From: Eledone cirrhosa
Lineage: Eukaryota
DNA: 64,000 bases
Assembly: GCA_964016885.1 (NCBI GenBank)
Contig: OZ024753.1
Location: 22,196,001-22,260,000, forward strand
Reading direction: 5' to 3'
Shown piece by piece: positions 1 to 11,452 of the stretch. The notes beneath the pieces were generated by a model. The model was given only the letters and a program-made list of their open reading frames with translations. It made no database searches and was not told the origin of the DNA. The translations under genes were made by a program, and so were the position numbers. The stretch's first letter is position 1, and every line of letters begins with the position of its first letter.

Positions 1-445
1 GTAAATTTGTGTTTTGGTGTTGTTATGTATCTTTTTAGCGTTAAGCATCTTAATGTGTGCCTCTATATTTGGTGCCGTGGAGTAAGATAGTCTAATAGAT
101 TTAGTGTTAAGGATTTTGCTGTATCTATGTGAATCTGGAAAGTGAGTATTTATTATTATAAAGAAGGTAGAGGGTAGGTTAGTACTAATAGAGGTGTTAA
201 ATATGGGGTTATACCAAATATATTTTCTACTGCGTGACTTGTTTGATTTCGATGTTGTATTTCCATTTGCCATATACTTTGCAGTTCTATGCGTAAATGT
301 GTGTATGCGTGTGTTTCTGGAGTTTGTGTTATGCGTGTTCGCGTGCGCTTCACGGAGGCTTTCATCTATATATTCTACTCTATCTAAGTGGCCTGCCTTG
401 TCTAATGCGGTATTGTAGTATTCTGCATGTTCTTCGAAGATTTCA
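1..445 (-). pseudogene. Naiad-type Penelope-like element fragment (RT thumb/linker region), 5'-truncated, runs off the window edge
   Basis: Manual minus-strand translation, absent from the ORF track: EIFEEHAEYYNTALDKAGH...RSRKYIWYNPIFNTSISTNLPSTFFIIINTHFPDSHRYSKILNTKSIRLSYSTAPNIEAHIKMLNAKKI. This matches the Naiad pattern RxIIWFNPPF..TN....F...I..HFP..H...KIFN...I.lSYS..NI. Confidence 0.8.
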
Positions 446-726
446 AGAGTAACTTATTATTTTGAAAATTTGGACTGTGAACAACAATTATAATTGAGTG
501 GCTGCTATTTGCAGTATAGCAATATAAGGTTGCACTTACCAATGAAACGGTCGTAAATACCTGGATAAAATCCTTCTCTAAATGCTTACCTGTGTTTTCT
601 CTTTTATACTTTATACTCCAAGATTGAACGGAATTCTTACAAACTTGTGGTGTTACCCCTAACCGTGCGTTGAAACCATCCATGAAACTGGGTTTCTTAA
701 CCAAAAACTGGATCACAATAAGCAAC

Positions 727-728
<2 letters not shown>

Positions 729-825
<97 letters not shown>

Positions 826-960
826 GTATATATGTATATATATATATGTATATATGTATATATATATATGTATATATATATATGTATATATATATATGTA
901 TATATGTATATATATATATATATGTATGTATATATATATATATGTATGTATATATATATG

Positions 961-1010
<50 letters not shown>
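729..1010. repeat. (TA)n microsatellite
   Basis: Near-pure TA repeat with a few TG interruptions. Confidence 0.98.
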
Positions 1011-1014
<4 letters not shown>

Positions 1015-1609
1015 GAAACACACAGATACATGCGGACACACACATATATACATGAATGCATCCGCACCCAACTGTGAGTTAAGGGTGCCAACTTCACCGA
1101 TGTTGCTCAATGAATGACTGGGACAGACCAATTCAGTTTGAACCAGACTGAACCAGTATCAGAGTTAAAAATACATTATGAAGAGAGAAGAAACATTTAG
1201 ATATAATTAGTAATAAAATGTATCATACCTAAACTGTTCCTAAATTCCTCGACTACGTAGTTTCGTGGCATAAACAAAAACAATATATCAAAGATATAGA
1301 GTCCTTGCGAGGTCTGCCGACTTATCAAGAGGATACCTCATTTTACTAGTCTCAAGAACGCGTCCACACGACGTGAGAAAGAATCCAAAAGGCGGAGGGG
1401 GAGATAGTCACGCGATATAACGGTCGAGAAACAGAGCTAAGCCTCTTATAACCACGAAAAAAATACCACGGAGGCGGAGGGGGTATTCATATCGAGGCCG
1501 TAGAAGAGGTAGTGAAGAAGGCGAGAAGTATGAGTAATGGAAGCTTTCCAGTTGTCCCCACACTTCAAAGATTGCTCGACCAGAGGGAGTTATTAATATA
1601 TTTAGAAAC
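1011..1609 (-). mobile_element. Monomer of the 591-bp HHR-containing unit (family A; retrozyme or PLE pseudo-LTR-like)
   Basis: Nearly identical to the units at 7191-9137. It wraps into the start of the next unit (TTTAGAAAC at 1601-1609) and abuts (TA)n. Confidence 0.85.
1242..1343 (-). ncRNA. Type I hammerhead ribozyme, U3-A8 core variant (family A)
   Basis: Reverse complement reads AAAT-gaggta-TCCTC TTGATAA GTCGGCA..TGCCAC GAAA CTACGTAG TC GAGGA-ATTT. Stem I is TCCTC/GAGGA, stem III is palindromic, and the cleavage triplet is GUC. Confidence 0.85.
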
Positions 1610-1842
1610 GCCTTTTGGGATTCTTTCTCACGTCGTGTGGACGCGTTCTTGAGACTAGTAAAATGAGGTATCCTCTTGATAAGTCGGCAGACCTCGCAAG
1701 GACTCTATATCTTTGATATCTTTGATATATTGTTTTTGTTTATGCCACGAAACTACGTAGTCGAGGAATTTAGGAACAGTTTAGGTATGATACATTTTAT
1801 TACTAATTATATCTAAATGTTTCTTCTCTCTTCATAATGTAT
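1609..1842 (+). repeat. Inverted partial copy of the family A unit (mirrors ~1171-1393)
   Basis: Reverse complement of 1171-1393 with a small internal duplication (CTTTGATAT twice); ends in (TA)n. Confidence 0.92.
1661..1771 (+). ncRNA. Type I hammerhead ribozyme, U3-A8 variant (family A, inverted copy)
   Basis: TCCTC 1671-75, TTGATAA 1676-82, stem II GTCGGCA/TGCCAC, GAAA 1749-52, CTACGTAG, GTC 1760-62, GAGGA 1763-67. Confidence 0.85.
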
Positions 1843-1954
1843 ATATATATATATATATATATATGATGAATTATAAAACTAACCAAACAGTGAGTGTGTT
1901 CTGTTATTAATTCTGGCAATATTATTACACAAATATGACCTGCCCCAAGTATAA

Positions 1955-2300
<346 letters not shown>

Positions 2301-2303
<3 letters not shown>

Positions 2304-2595
2304 GATAAATCTACCAAGAGTTTACGGTAGTGTCCAATCCGTATGAAGAACTCAATGTAATCCGGATATCATGGAAAGAAGAGATGCAATGAAAAATCAC
2401 TTTCGGTGAAAGATAAACGGAATACAGAGTCAAGATAAAATATTAAAAAAAAGTTCATTATTTAACGATCGTTTCTAGGATATATATGTGTTAGAATTGG
2501 CATGCATATTCAACAGATCTATGTACAAAATTATACAAAATTATACAAACTATCAAAATTAAATATACATACCAAACACATATATATGCCGTCTT
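2301..2595 (-). mobile_element. Family B PLE pseudo-LTR-like fragment with an HHR truncated at the core
   Basis: 2454-2595 is the reverse complement of ~6008-6150 but lacks CTG of the core. 2301-2450 resembles 18469-18610. Confidence 0.7.
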
Positions 2596-2929
2596 AACGT
2601 TAATAATTTTAATTTAGTTATACTATAATTAATACTCTACTACTATTTAACTTCAAAATTCTGCTTCAAATATTATAAACCTAAGTAATTTACACCTTAG
2701 AAATCAATATATTAACTATCTTTAGTTTAGTTAACCTATAATTAATGGTATACTTATATCGAAATGCATAATTTTGCCTCTTTCTTGCATTTCCTAATAC
2801 TGAAACTATGTAAACACATATTGAGATCCAAATGACAGATTAATATGTCTATGTTTCTTGAAAACATATATTTACTATAATCCCCTTCTCCCCCCCTTTT
2901 CCCCCCCTACTATTATTATTTGTATTTGT

Positions 2930-3040
2930 AAGCGTGTATGTATGTATGTATATGTAGGTAGGTGTATATATGTTTGGGTGTTTATATGTAAGTATAAAAA
3001 TACATATATGCGCATGCAAATAAGGGTGTATGATTGTATG

Positions 3041-3113
<73 letters not shown>

Positions 3114-3356
3114 ATATATGTATATATATGTATGCGTGTATGTATGTATATATATGTGTGTATGTATGTGTGTGTATATATGTGTATGTATATGTATGTC
3201 TCTCTATATATATGTGTATCTTTGTATCTATGTGGGTATATGTGTGTATGTACATGTATGCACATGTATATGTTTATGTGTATATGTGTGTATGTGTATA
3301 TGTGTACGTATGTGCGCTTATATATGTGAGTGTGTGTGTGTGTATATATATATGTA

Positions 3357-3395
<39 letters not shown>

Positions 3396-3445
3396 TATTA
3401 TTATAATATAATATATGTATATATATATATGTGAAAATATGTATA

Positions 3446-3480
<35 letters not shown>

Positions 3481-3809
3481 TGTATATTTGTAGTTGATGT
3501 GTGTATATGTATGTATATATATGTGTGTGTGTATGTATGTGTGTATATATATGTATGTGTGTGTGTGTATGTGTGTGTGTGTATATATATATATATACAT
3601 ATATGTATATGTATGTGTGTGCATATTTGTCTGACTGTGTGTATTAATTTATTTATTTTTTATTTATCTTATTTATTTATTTATTTTTTTTTATATATAT
3701 ATATTTTTTTTTTTTTATATATATATGTATGTGTATGTGTATGTATGTATGTATGTATGTATGTATGTATGTGTGTGCATGTCTATATATGTGTGTGTGT
3801 ATGTGTATG

Positions 3810-3859
<50 letters not shown>

Positions 3860-3956
3860 TATATATGTATGTGTGTCTTTGTGTGTGTGTATATATATGT
3901 ATGTATGTGTGTATGTATGTGTTTGTATGTGTGTTTATGGTTGTACGTGTGTGTGG

Positions 3957-3988
<32 letters not shown>

Positions 3989-4288
3989 GTGTATATGTAT
4001 CTCTATTTATATGTGTATATATGTATATGTATATACCTTTTTCTTTGTATGTCTGAGTTGTGTGAGCGTGTAGTGGTGTTTGTATGTATATACGCATATA
4101 TGGATGTGTATGTATTTGTATATATGCGTATATGTAAGTGCGTATGTGTGTGTGAGTATATATCTATGTCTATGTATGAGTATGTATGTGTGTGTATGTA
4201 TGTGTGTGTGTATGTATGTGTGTATGTGTGTATGTATATGTGTGTATATATATGTATGTGTATATATGTATGTATGTATATATGTATG

Positions 4289-4329
<41 letters not shown>

Positions 4330-4461
4330 TTATTATATGTGTGTGTGTGTGTGTATATATATCTTTATATATATGTATGTGTATGTATGTGTAGGTGTGT
4401 GTGTGTGAGTATATATGTATGTGTGTATATGTGTATGTATGTGTATGTATGTGTATATATG

Positions 4462-4513
<52 letters not shown>

Positions 4514-4778
4514 TATGTGTGTATGTGTATGTGTGTATGTGTGTATATATATATATATTTATGTATATATATATATTTATATGTGGGTATGTATGTGTAT
4601 GTGTGTATATATATGAGTGTATTTTTATATATATATATGTATGTAGATGTGACTGTATATATATGTATATATATATATGTATATATGTATATATATATAT
4701 GTATATATATGTATATATATGTATATGTGTGTATATGTATGAGTGTGTATATATATACGAGTGTTGTGAGTGTATATA

Positions 4779-4855
<77 letters not shown>

Positions 4856-4902
4856 GTGTATATATATATATATATGTATGCGTGTATGTGTATATGTGTG
4901 TA

Positions 4903-4947
<45 letters not shown>

Positions 4948-5317
4948 TTATGTGTGTATGTGTCTATGTATTTATATGTGTATATGTATGTGTCTCTATA
5001 TGTATGCGTCTGTGTATGTGTATGTGTATTTATATGGTATGTGTATGTATATGTATGTGTATGTATGTGTTTATATATATGTGTATGTATATGTATGTAT
5101 ATGTATGTGTGTGTATGCGTGTGTATTTATTTATATGTCTATATGTATGTATATCGATGTATACTTTATATTTTACTTGTTTGTGTATATATATATGTGT
5201 GTGTATGTATATGTGTATATATATGTGTGTGTGTATATATGTGTGAGTATATGTGTGTATATATATGTGTATATATATATGTATGTGTGTATATATGTGT
5301 ATATATATATGTATATG

Positions 5318-5348
<31 letters not shown>

Positions 5349-5355
5349 ATGTGTG

Positions 5356-5386
<31 letters not shown>

Positions 5387-5390
5387 TTTC
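2930..5390. repeat. Long compound (TA)/(TG)/(TATG) low-complexity tract
   Basis: Seen directly; it generates the spurious YI/CV-rich ORFs. Confidence 0.97.
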
Positions 5391-5994
5391 TTGATATATT
5401 TCTTTTTTCTTTTTTTTTTTTCTTTTCTTTTTATTTCTAAGTTTATAGATACATCTATAAATAGGCAGTCTGCCGAAACCGTTGAATACTGACCTCTCCC
5501 CCCCTCCACCTAATTTCTGTATCCTGATCTAAATGTGTTGTGGCAGTGTTTATGTGCGTGCATTAATGTCCATATGCTTATGATAATGCTATATGCACAT
5601 ATATATATGTGTGTGGGGGTGTGTGTGTGTATGTATGTTCGTAGTTATGTGTATGTTTATGCATATACGCGCGTGTGTGTGTGAGTGTACGAATATGTGT
5701 GAGTATATGAATGTGTGTATACATTTATTTCATATTTATGTGTCTGTACGCATTTTATCTGTGGATTATAAACTTACAGAGACATTAGCCTTGAATTTTT
5801 GTATTTGCATACATCTTTTTGGCATGCGTATGCATGTGAACATATATCTTTATGTAAATATGTGTACGAAGTTAATTACATGTATATACACACACCAAAC
5901 TGCATAAAATTTTTTGTATTTTCATTGGTCAATTTGAACTCTGTTCCCAAACGGACCTGAAATTTTGAATTGTTGTTATTATCAATAAATATAT

Positions 5995-6149
5995 TTCATT
6001 ATTTCTGAAGACGGCATATATATGTGTTTGGTATGTATATTTAATTTTGATAGTTTGTATAATTTTGTATAATTTTGTACATAGATCTGTTGAATATGCA
6101 TGCCAATTCTAACACATATATATCCTAGAAACGATCGTTAAATAATGAA
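5995..6149 (+). ncRNA. Type I hammerhead ribozyme with ~115-nt rod-like stem II (family B)
   Basis: Stem I TTCATTATTT/AAATAATGAA, CTGAAGA 6005-11, stem II GG-C-ATATATATGTGTT...AACACATATATAT-CC, GAAA 6128-31, palindromic CGATCG, triplet GUU. Confidence 0.8.
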
Positions 6150-6203
6150 CTTTTTTTGTTTAATATAAGGAACTGTTTCATTGTTTTATTCATTATTTTT
6201 TTA

Positions 6204-6246
<43 letters not shown>

Positions 6247-6422
6247 GTATGTATGTATATATATATATATTTAAAAGAATAGAGGTGTAACACACGAGTT
6301 ATGATATATTGGTAACAGGAAAAGAAAATGCTGACAAATTGTTCCCATTGAAAAATAGTTTAATTAGGAATAAGTAAAGATTAGTAATAAGTATTGGTTA
6401 GTATTTAGTTTTGGTTTTACAT

Positions 6423-6458
6423 TTTTACCGGTTGCGCATTTCTAATGCTTTTCAAAAA
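6423..6458 (-). ncRNA. Minimal hammerhead-like motif, U3-A8, with GCAA in place of GAAA (family C)
   Basis: Reverse complement reads TTT TTGAAAA GCATT-AGA-AATGC GCAA CCGG TA AAA. Confidence 0.5.
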
Positions 6459-6981
6459 TAATTTTGAATGCTCTTGGCTAATGGAGAACAAATATATTAG
6501 TCATTGACTAATATCGTTGTTTGTTCGCAGTATGTATCTTGTTTCTTGTTAGTCTTTTAATGCATCAGGCATTAAAATACATTCACACTTAACATGCATC
6601 GGATATAATTACCTTTTGAATGTTTGGAAAAGACTTAATCTAGATATTTTGTTATAAAAAATTTAACAATTCGACAGAAATTGAAAGAAGATATGTCAAA
6701 CAATAACTGTATTTCTGGTAGCACCGCCAGAGAAACTTATTTTTCAGTGACTTCTTAATCAGCCGACACAAACCTACATTTGGCGCAAAATCAATTTTTA
6801 ACATTCACATGACCTCTACCGACCAATCAAAATTGTTTTGACCACAAGAATTTTTTGCAACACGAATTGGCGCGAAACTTATTTTAATACATCTGGAGCC
6901 ACTTTTTTCACATAAAACAGGTAGAATTTCCAAAACTAATCAGATTAGAGCAAACATCACGGGCGCTCTATCTCAAAATTA

Positions 6982-7017
6982 TTTTTGAAAAGCATTAGAA
7001 ATGCGCAACCGGTAAAA
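6982..7017 (+). ncRNA. Minimal hammerhead-like motif, U3-A8, with GCAA in place of GAAA (family C)
   Basis: TTT TTGAAAA GCATTAGAAATGC GCAA CCGG TA AAA; homologous to the intact motif at 56282-56317. Confidence 0.5.
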
Positions 7018-7127
7018 ACTTAAAACCAAAACTGAATACTAACCAATACTTATTACTAATTTTTACTTATTCCTAATTAAACTATGTTTCAATGGGAACA
7101 ATTTGTCAGCATTTTCTTTTCCTTTTA

Positions 7128-7192
<65 letters not shown>

Positions 7193-7429
7193 CATTTAGA
7201 AACACACAGATACATGCGGACACACACATATATACATGAATGCACCCGCACCCAACTGTGAGTTAAGGGTGCCAACTTCACCGATGTTGCTCAATGAATG
7301 ACTGGGACAGACCAATTCAGTTTGAACCAGACTGAACCAGTATCAGAGTTAAAAATACATTATGAAGAGAGAAGAAACATTTAGATATAATTAGTAATAA
7401 AATGTATCATACCTAAACTGTTCCTAAAT

Positions 7430-7517
7430 TCCTCGACTACGTAGTTTCGTGGCATAAACAAAAACAATATATCAAAGATATAGAGTCCTTGCGAGGTCTG
7501 CCGACTTATCAAGAGGA
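7430..7517 (-). ncRNA. Hammerhead ribozyme, family A, array copy 1
   Basis: Same motif as 1246-1333. Confidence 0.85.
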
Positions 7518-8020
7518 TACCTCATTTTACTAGTCTCAAGAACGCGTCTACACGACGTGAGAAAGAATCCCAAAAGGCGGAGGGGGAGATAGTCACGCGA
7601 TATAACGGTCGAGAAACAGAGCTAAGCCTCTTATAACCACGAAAAAAATACCACAGAGGCGGAGGGGGTATTCATATCGATGCCGTAGAAGAGGTAGTGA
7701 AGAAGGCGAGAAGTATGAGTAATGGAAGCTTTCCAGTTGTCCCCACACTTCAAAGGTTGCTCGACCAGAGGGAGTTAATAATACATTTAGAAACACACAG
7801 ATACATGCGGACACACACATATATACATGAATGCACCCGCACCCAACTGTGAGTTAAGGGTGCCAACTTCACCGATGTTGCTCAATGAATGACTGGGACA
7901 GACCAATTCAGTTTGAACCAGACTGAACCAGTATCAGAGTTAAAAATACATTATGAAGAGAGAAGAAACATTTAGATATAATTAGTAATAAAATGTATCA
8001 TACCTAAACTGTTCCTAAAT

Positions 8021-8108
8021 TCCTCGACTACGTAGTTTCGTGGCATAAACAAAAACAATATATCAAAGATATAGAGTCCTTGCGAGGTCTGCCGACTTAT
8101 CAAGAGGA
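8021..8108 (-). ncRNA. Hammerhead ribozyme, family A, array copy 2
   Basis: Same motif, offset +591. Confidence 0.85.
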
Positions 8109-8611
8109 TACCTCATTTTACTAGTCTCAAGAACGCGTCTACACGACGTGAGAAAGAATCCCAAAAGGCGGAGGGGGAGATAGTCACGCGATATAACGGT
8201 CGAGAAACAGAGCTAAGCCTCTTATAACCACGAAAAAAATACCACAGAGGCGGAGGGGGTATTCATATCGATGCCGTAGAAGAGGTAGTGAAGAAGGCGA
8301 GAAGTATGAGTAATGGAAGCTTTCCAGTTGTCCCCACACTTCAAAGGTTGCTCGACCAGAGGGAGTTAATAATACATTTAGAAACACACAGATACATGCG
8401 GACACACACATATATACATGAATGCACCCGCACCCAACTGTGAGTTAAGGGTGCCAACTTCACCGATGTTGCTCAATGAATGACTGGGACAGACCAATTC
8501 AGTTTGAACCAGACTGAACCAGTATCAGAGTTAAAAATACATTATGAAGAGAGAAGAAACATTTAGATATAATTAGTAATAAAATGTATCATACCTAAAC
8601 TGTTCCTAAAT

Positions 8612-8699
8612 TCCTCGACTACGTAGTTTCGTGGCATAAACAAAAACAATATATCAAAGATATAGAGTCCTTGCGAGGTCTGCCGACTTATCAAGAGGA
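8612..8699 (-). ncRNA. Hammerhead ribozyme, family A, array copy 3
   Basis: Same motif, offset +1182. Confidence 0.85.
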
Positions 8700-9442
8700 T
8701 ACCTCATTTTACTAGTCTCAAGAACGCGTCTACACGACGTGAGAAAGAATCCCAAAAGGCGGAGGGGGAGATAGTCACGCGATATAACGGTCGAGAAACA
8801 GAGCTAAGCCTCTTATAACCACGAAAAAAATACCACAGAGGCGGAGGGGGTATTCATATCGATGCCGTAGAAGAGGTAGTGAAGAAGGCGAGAAGTATGA
8901 GTAATGGAAGCTTTCCAGTTGTCCCCACACTTCAAAGGTTGCTCGACCAGAGGGAGTTAATAATACATTTAGAAACACACAGATACATGCGGACACACAC
9001 ATATATACATGAATGCACCCGCACCCAACTGTGAGTTAAGGGTGCCAACTTCACCGATGTTGCTCAATGAATGACTGGGACAGACCAATTCAGTTTGAAC
9101 CAGACTGAACCAGTATCAGAGTTAAAAATACATTATGTATGTATATTAATAATAAATCAATTAATTCATCAATGAGCACCATTGTGAATGGTTGGCAAAA
9201 CATATATATCTGTGACTTTGTCTAATTTGTATATATGTAAATCTTTATATTTGATAATCTCCCTTAAGTTTGAGATGCAATTTGGGCAATATTGGGCTGC
9301 ACTTTCTAGCAACCAGCCCTCTCGTCGTGGGGCACCAATCACATTCTTTCTGACTTGACGACTGCCATGTCACAGTTCTTAGCCATTTTGAATTAGTTTT
9401 TGGCGGGGACCATTTAAGAAAAGTCTTTGTCCAAGTGAGTTT

Positions 9443-9523
9443 GTTTCCTGATGAGTTCGAAGCTCGAGAATTTATCCTTGATAGGATATTTCCGAAAGCG
9501 AACGAAACCCTAAGGGTAGAAAC
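9443..9523 (+). ncRNA. Type I hammerhead ribozyme, canonical core, extended stem II (family D)
   Basis: GTTTC CTGATGA GTTCG...(TATCC/GGATA inner hairpin)...CGAAC GAAA CCC-TAA-GGG TA GAAAC. Confidence 0.9.
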
Positions 9524-9816
9524 GCATCCTGGTATGTGTATATGAATTTTTTCTTCTAACTTTAATTTTATACCTAATTGTGTATGGTTGACGGTATATT
9601 TAATCGATTTCCACGTGGTATTGAAATGTTGGGTAAATATTCTATAGATGTTGATCGCGAATAGATTGCTGTCGTTTATTTATCTACTATTTCTTCATGG
9701 GTTCCTTTTAATCTTATAGCCTGGTTTAATTGTTTTTTTGTGTTGTTGATTATGCTAATTGGGAGAGGAAGTGGTGTATATATATTATCAAATGATTCTA
9801 TGGACATACTTTATAG

Positions 9817-9851
<35 letters not shown>

Positions 9852-10228
9852 ATACTTGGGGGGGGGGGGGGGTCATATTTGTGTAATATTGCCAGAATTA
9901 ATAACAGAACACACTCACTGTTTGGTTGGTTTTCGCTTCTCGCTGTCTTTTATATCTGCAATCTAACTTACTCGGTCCTCAATGTTGCCATTGACTGATC
10001 GACGGTCAAAAATAATACAGATACAATATAGACACAAACATATATATATAGTTTACATAATTTACATAAATCTTTCGTTGCACATCTGCAACATCGTCAG
10101 TGGTGTTATATTTTTTCCTCCTGATGTGTTGTATGTCTACGCCATTTTTTATTCAGTCTGTCTATATATTTATTTATTTATTTGCTTGTTTGTTTATTTT
10201 ATTTTGTCGTCTTTGCGCATGCGTTTGC

Positions 10229-10278
<50 letters not shown>

Positions 10279-10280
10279 GT

Positions 10281-10845
10281 GTGCATGGATGTATATATAT
10301 ATATACATACTACTGTACGTCTGTATACATATATGTATGTACGTATACATACTTATATTTAAGTAACAGCCGTACTAAGAGTGGGAAATGAAATTTCGTT
10401 TCATTTTTTTCCGTTTATCGTTTTCGGTACCCCGGCCGATTAACTCACTCGATATGCAAATTAGGCTGCTCAGCCGTTAATGTGCATAAGGAAAGTTTAT
10501 ACTTTCAGACGTTCAACCATCTGGCAGGAAGGTATACGTTGCTGACGATAGCTAATAAGCTTGAAACTAGTACAGCGTTCCTTTGTCAGTGTTGAACAAA
10601 CGAGCAACGATGGTTGCTAGACACTACAGCTTAATACGGGATGTTTGTTTACAAACACACCGAGCATTATAATAAATGTTCGGTGAATCCATACGTACAT
10701 ATATATATGTGTGCATGTATGTATATATATATACATACTACTGTACGTCTGTATGCATATATGTATGTACGTGTACATACTTATATTTAAGTAACAGCCG
10801 TACTAAGAGTGGGAAATGAAATTTCGTTTAATTTATTCCGTTTAT
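10281..10845 (+). mobile_element. ~428-bp unit with a ~140-bp direct terminal repeat enclosing an HHR (family E)
   Basis: GTGGGAAATGAAATTTCGTTT occurs at 10381 and 10809, and the preceding ~100 bp is also duplicated. Confidence 0.7.
10521..10589 (+). ncRNA. Minimal type I hammerhead ribozyme with long bulged stem I (family E)
   Basis: CTGGCAGGAAGG-tat-ACGTTG CTGACGA t AGCT-AATA-AGCT t GAAA CTAG TA CAGCGT-TCCTTTGTCAG. Confidence 0.8.
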
Positions 10846-10861
10846 ATATATATATATATAG

Positions 10862-11452
10862 AACACATAGATACTATAAGATCTTCAATAGAAACTGTGT
10901 CAAAATTAGCTACTCCTGCGGTCCCCATATTAAATCTTATATCATCAATAAGAAATCACACAGAGAACATAAAAATTGCTCCTGTAGAGTCAAAAGTGAA
11001 TGCCCATTACAAGGTAAATGCAACACCAAAGCCATTGTGTATGCGGCTAAAGTGACAACTATCAGCAACAACCAACCAGCCACCAGCGAACGATATGTGG
11101 GTATGACACAAGACAAATTCAAAACGCGTTATTACTCACATGTCGCATCTTTCCGACATCCAGAAAAAAGATTCACAATAGCTCTGGCTAGCAGAATATG
11201 GGATTTGAAAGACCTAGGTATCCAATATAAATTGGATTGGTCAATTTTGAACCAATCTAAAGAATATGCAAGAGGAACAAGAAGATGCACACTCTGCATA
11301 AATGAAACATATCGGATTTTACAGAACCTAAATCACCAAAAACCTGCCTAAATACAAAAACAGAAATTTTCACCTGTTGCCCACACATGAAATCACACTT
11401 GCTTTCCAGCTCATATAAACTTAACTCACTTTCAGATACTTATCCTCCATAA
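10862..11452 (+). pseudogene. Naiad-type PLE GIY-YIG endonuclease fragment, 5'-truncated, one frameshift near 11345
   Basis: KIFNRNCVKISYSC, CSCRVKSECPLQGKC, IVYAAKV...YVGMT..FKTRYYSH, W.IL, CTLCINE; continues in a shifted frame as LNTKTEIFTCCPH. Confidence 0.88.

Larger units (their letters stand above)
6305..7136. repeat. Inverted repeat, arms ~6305-6467 and ~6973-7136, each with a degenerate HHR (family C)
   Basis: The arms are reverse complements with few mismatches; the right arm abuts (TA)n. Confidence 0.88.
7188..9137 (-). mobile_element. Tandem array of ~3.3 copies of the 591-bp HHR-containing unit (retrozyme-like)
   Basis: TACATTTAGAAAC recurs at 7191, 7782, 8373 and 8964 (period 591). 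The units appear identical, each full unit carries one HHR, and there is no credible ORF. Confidence 0.9.

Noticed and set aside
506-559. Possible hammerhead (TATTTGC/GTAAATA with GAAACGGTC)
   Set aside because: There is no CUGANGA-like core after stem I.
5440-5490. GGCA-GTC-TGCC GAAA motif after a short palindrome
   Set aside because: The core and stem I are absent.
7593-7820. 75-aa ORF repeated in each 591-bp unit
   Set aside because: It starts in CA/TG low-complexity sequence, has no recognisable domain, and is not listed for the 1011-1609 copy.
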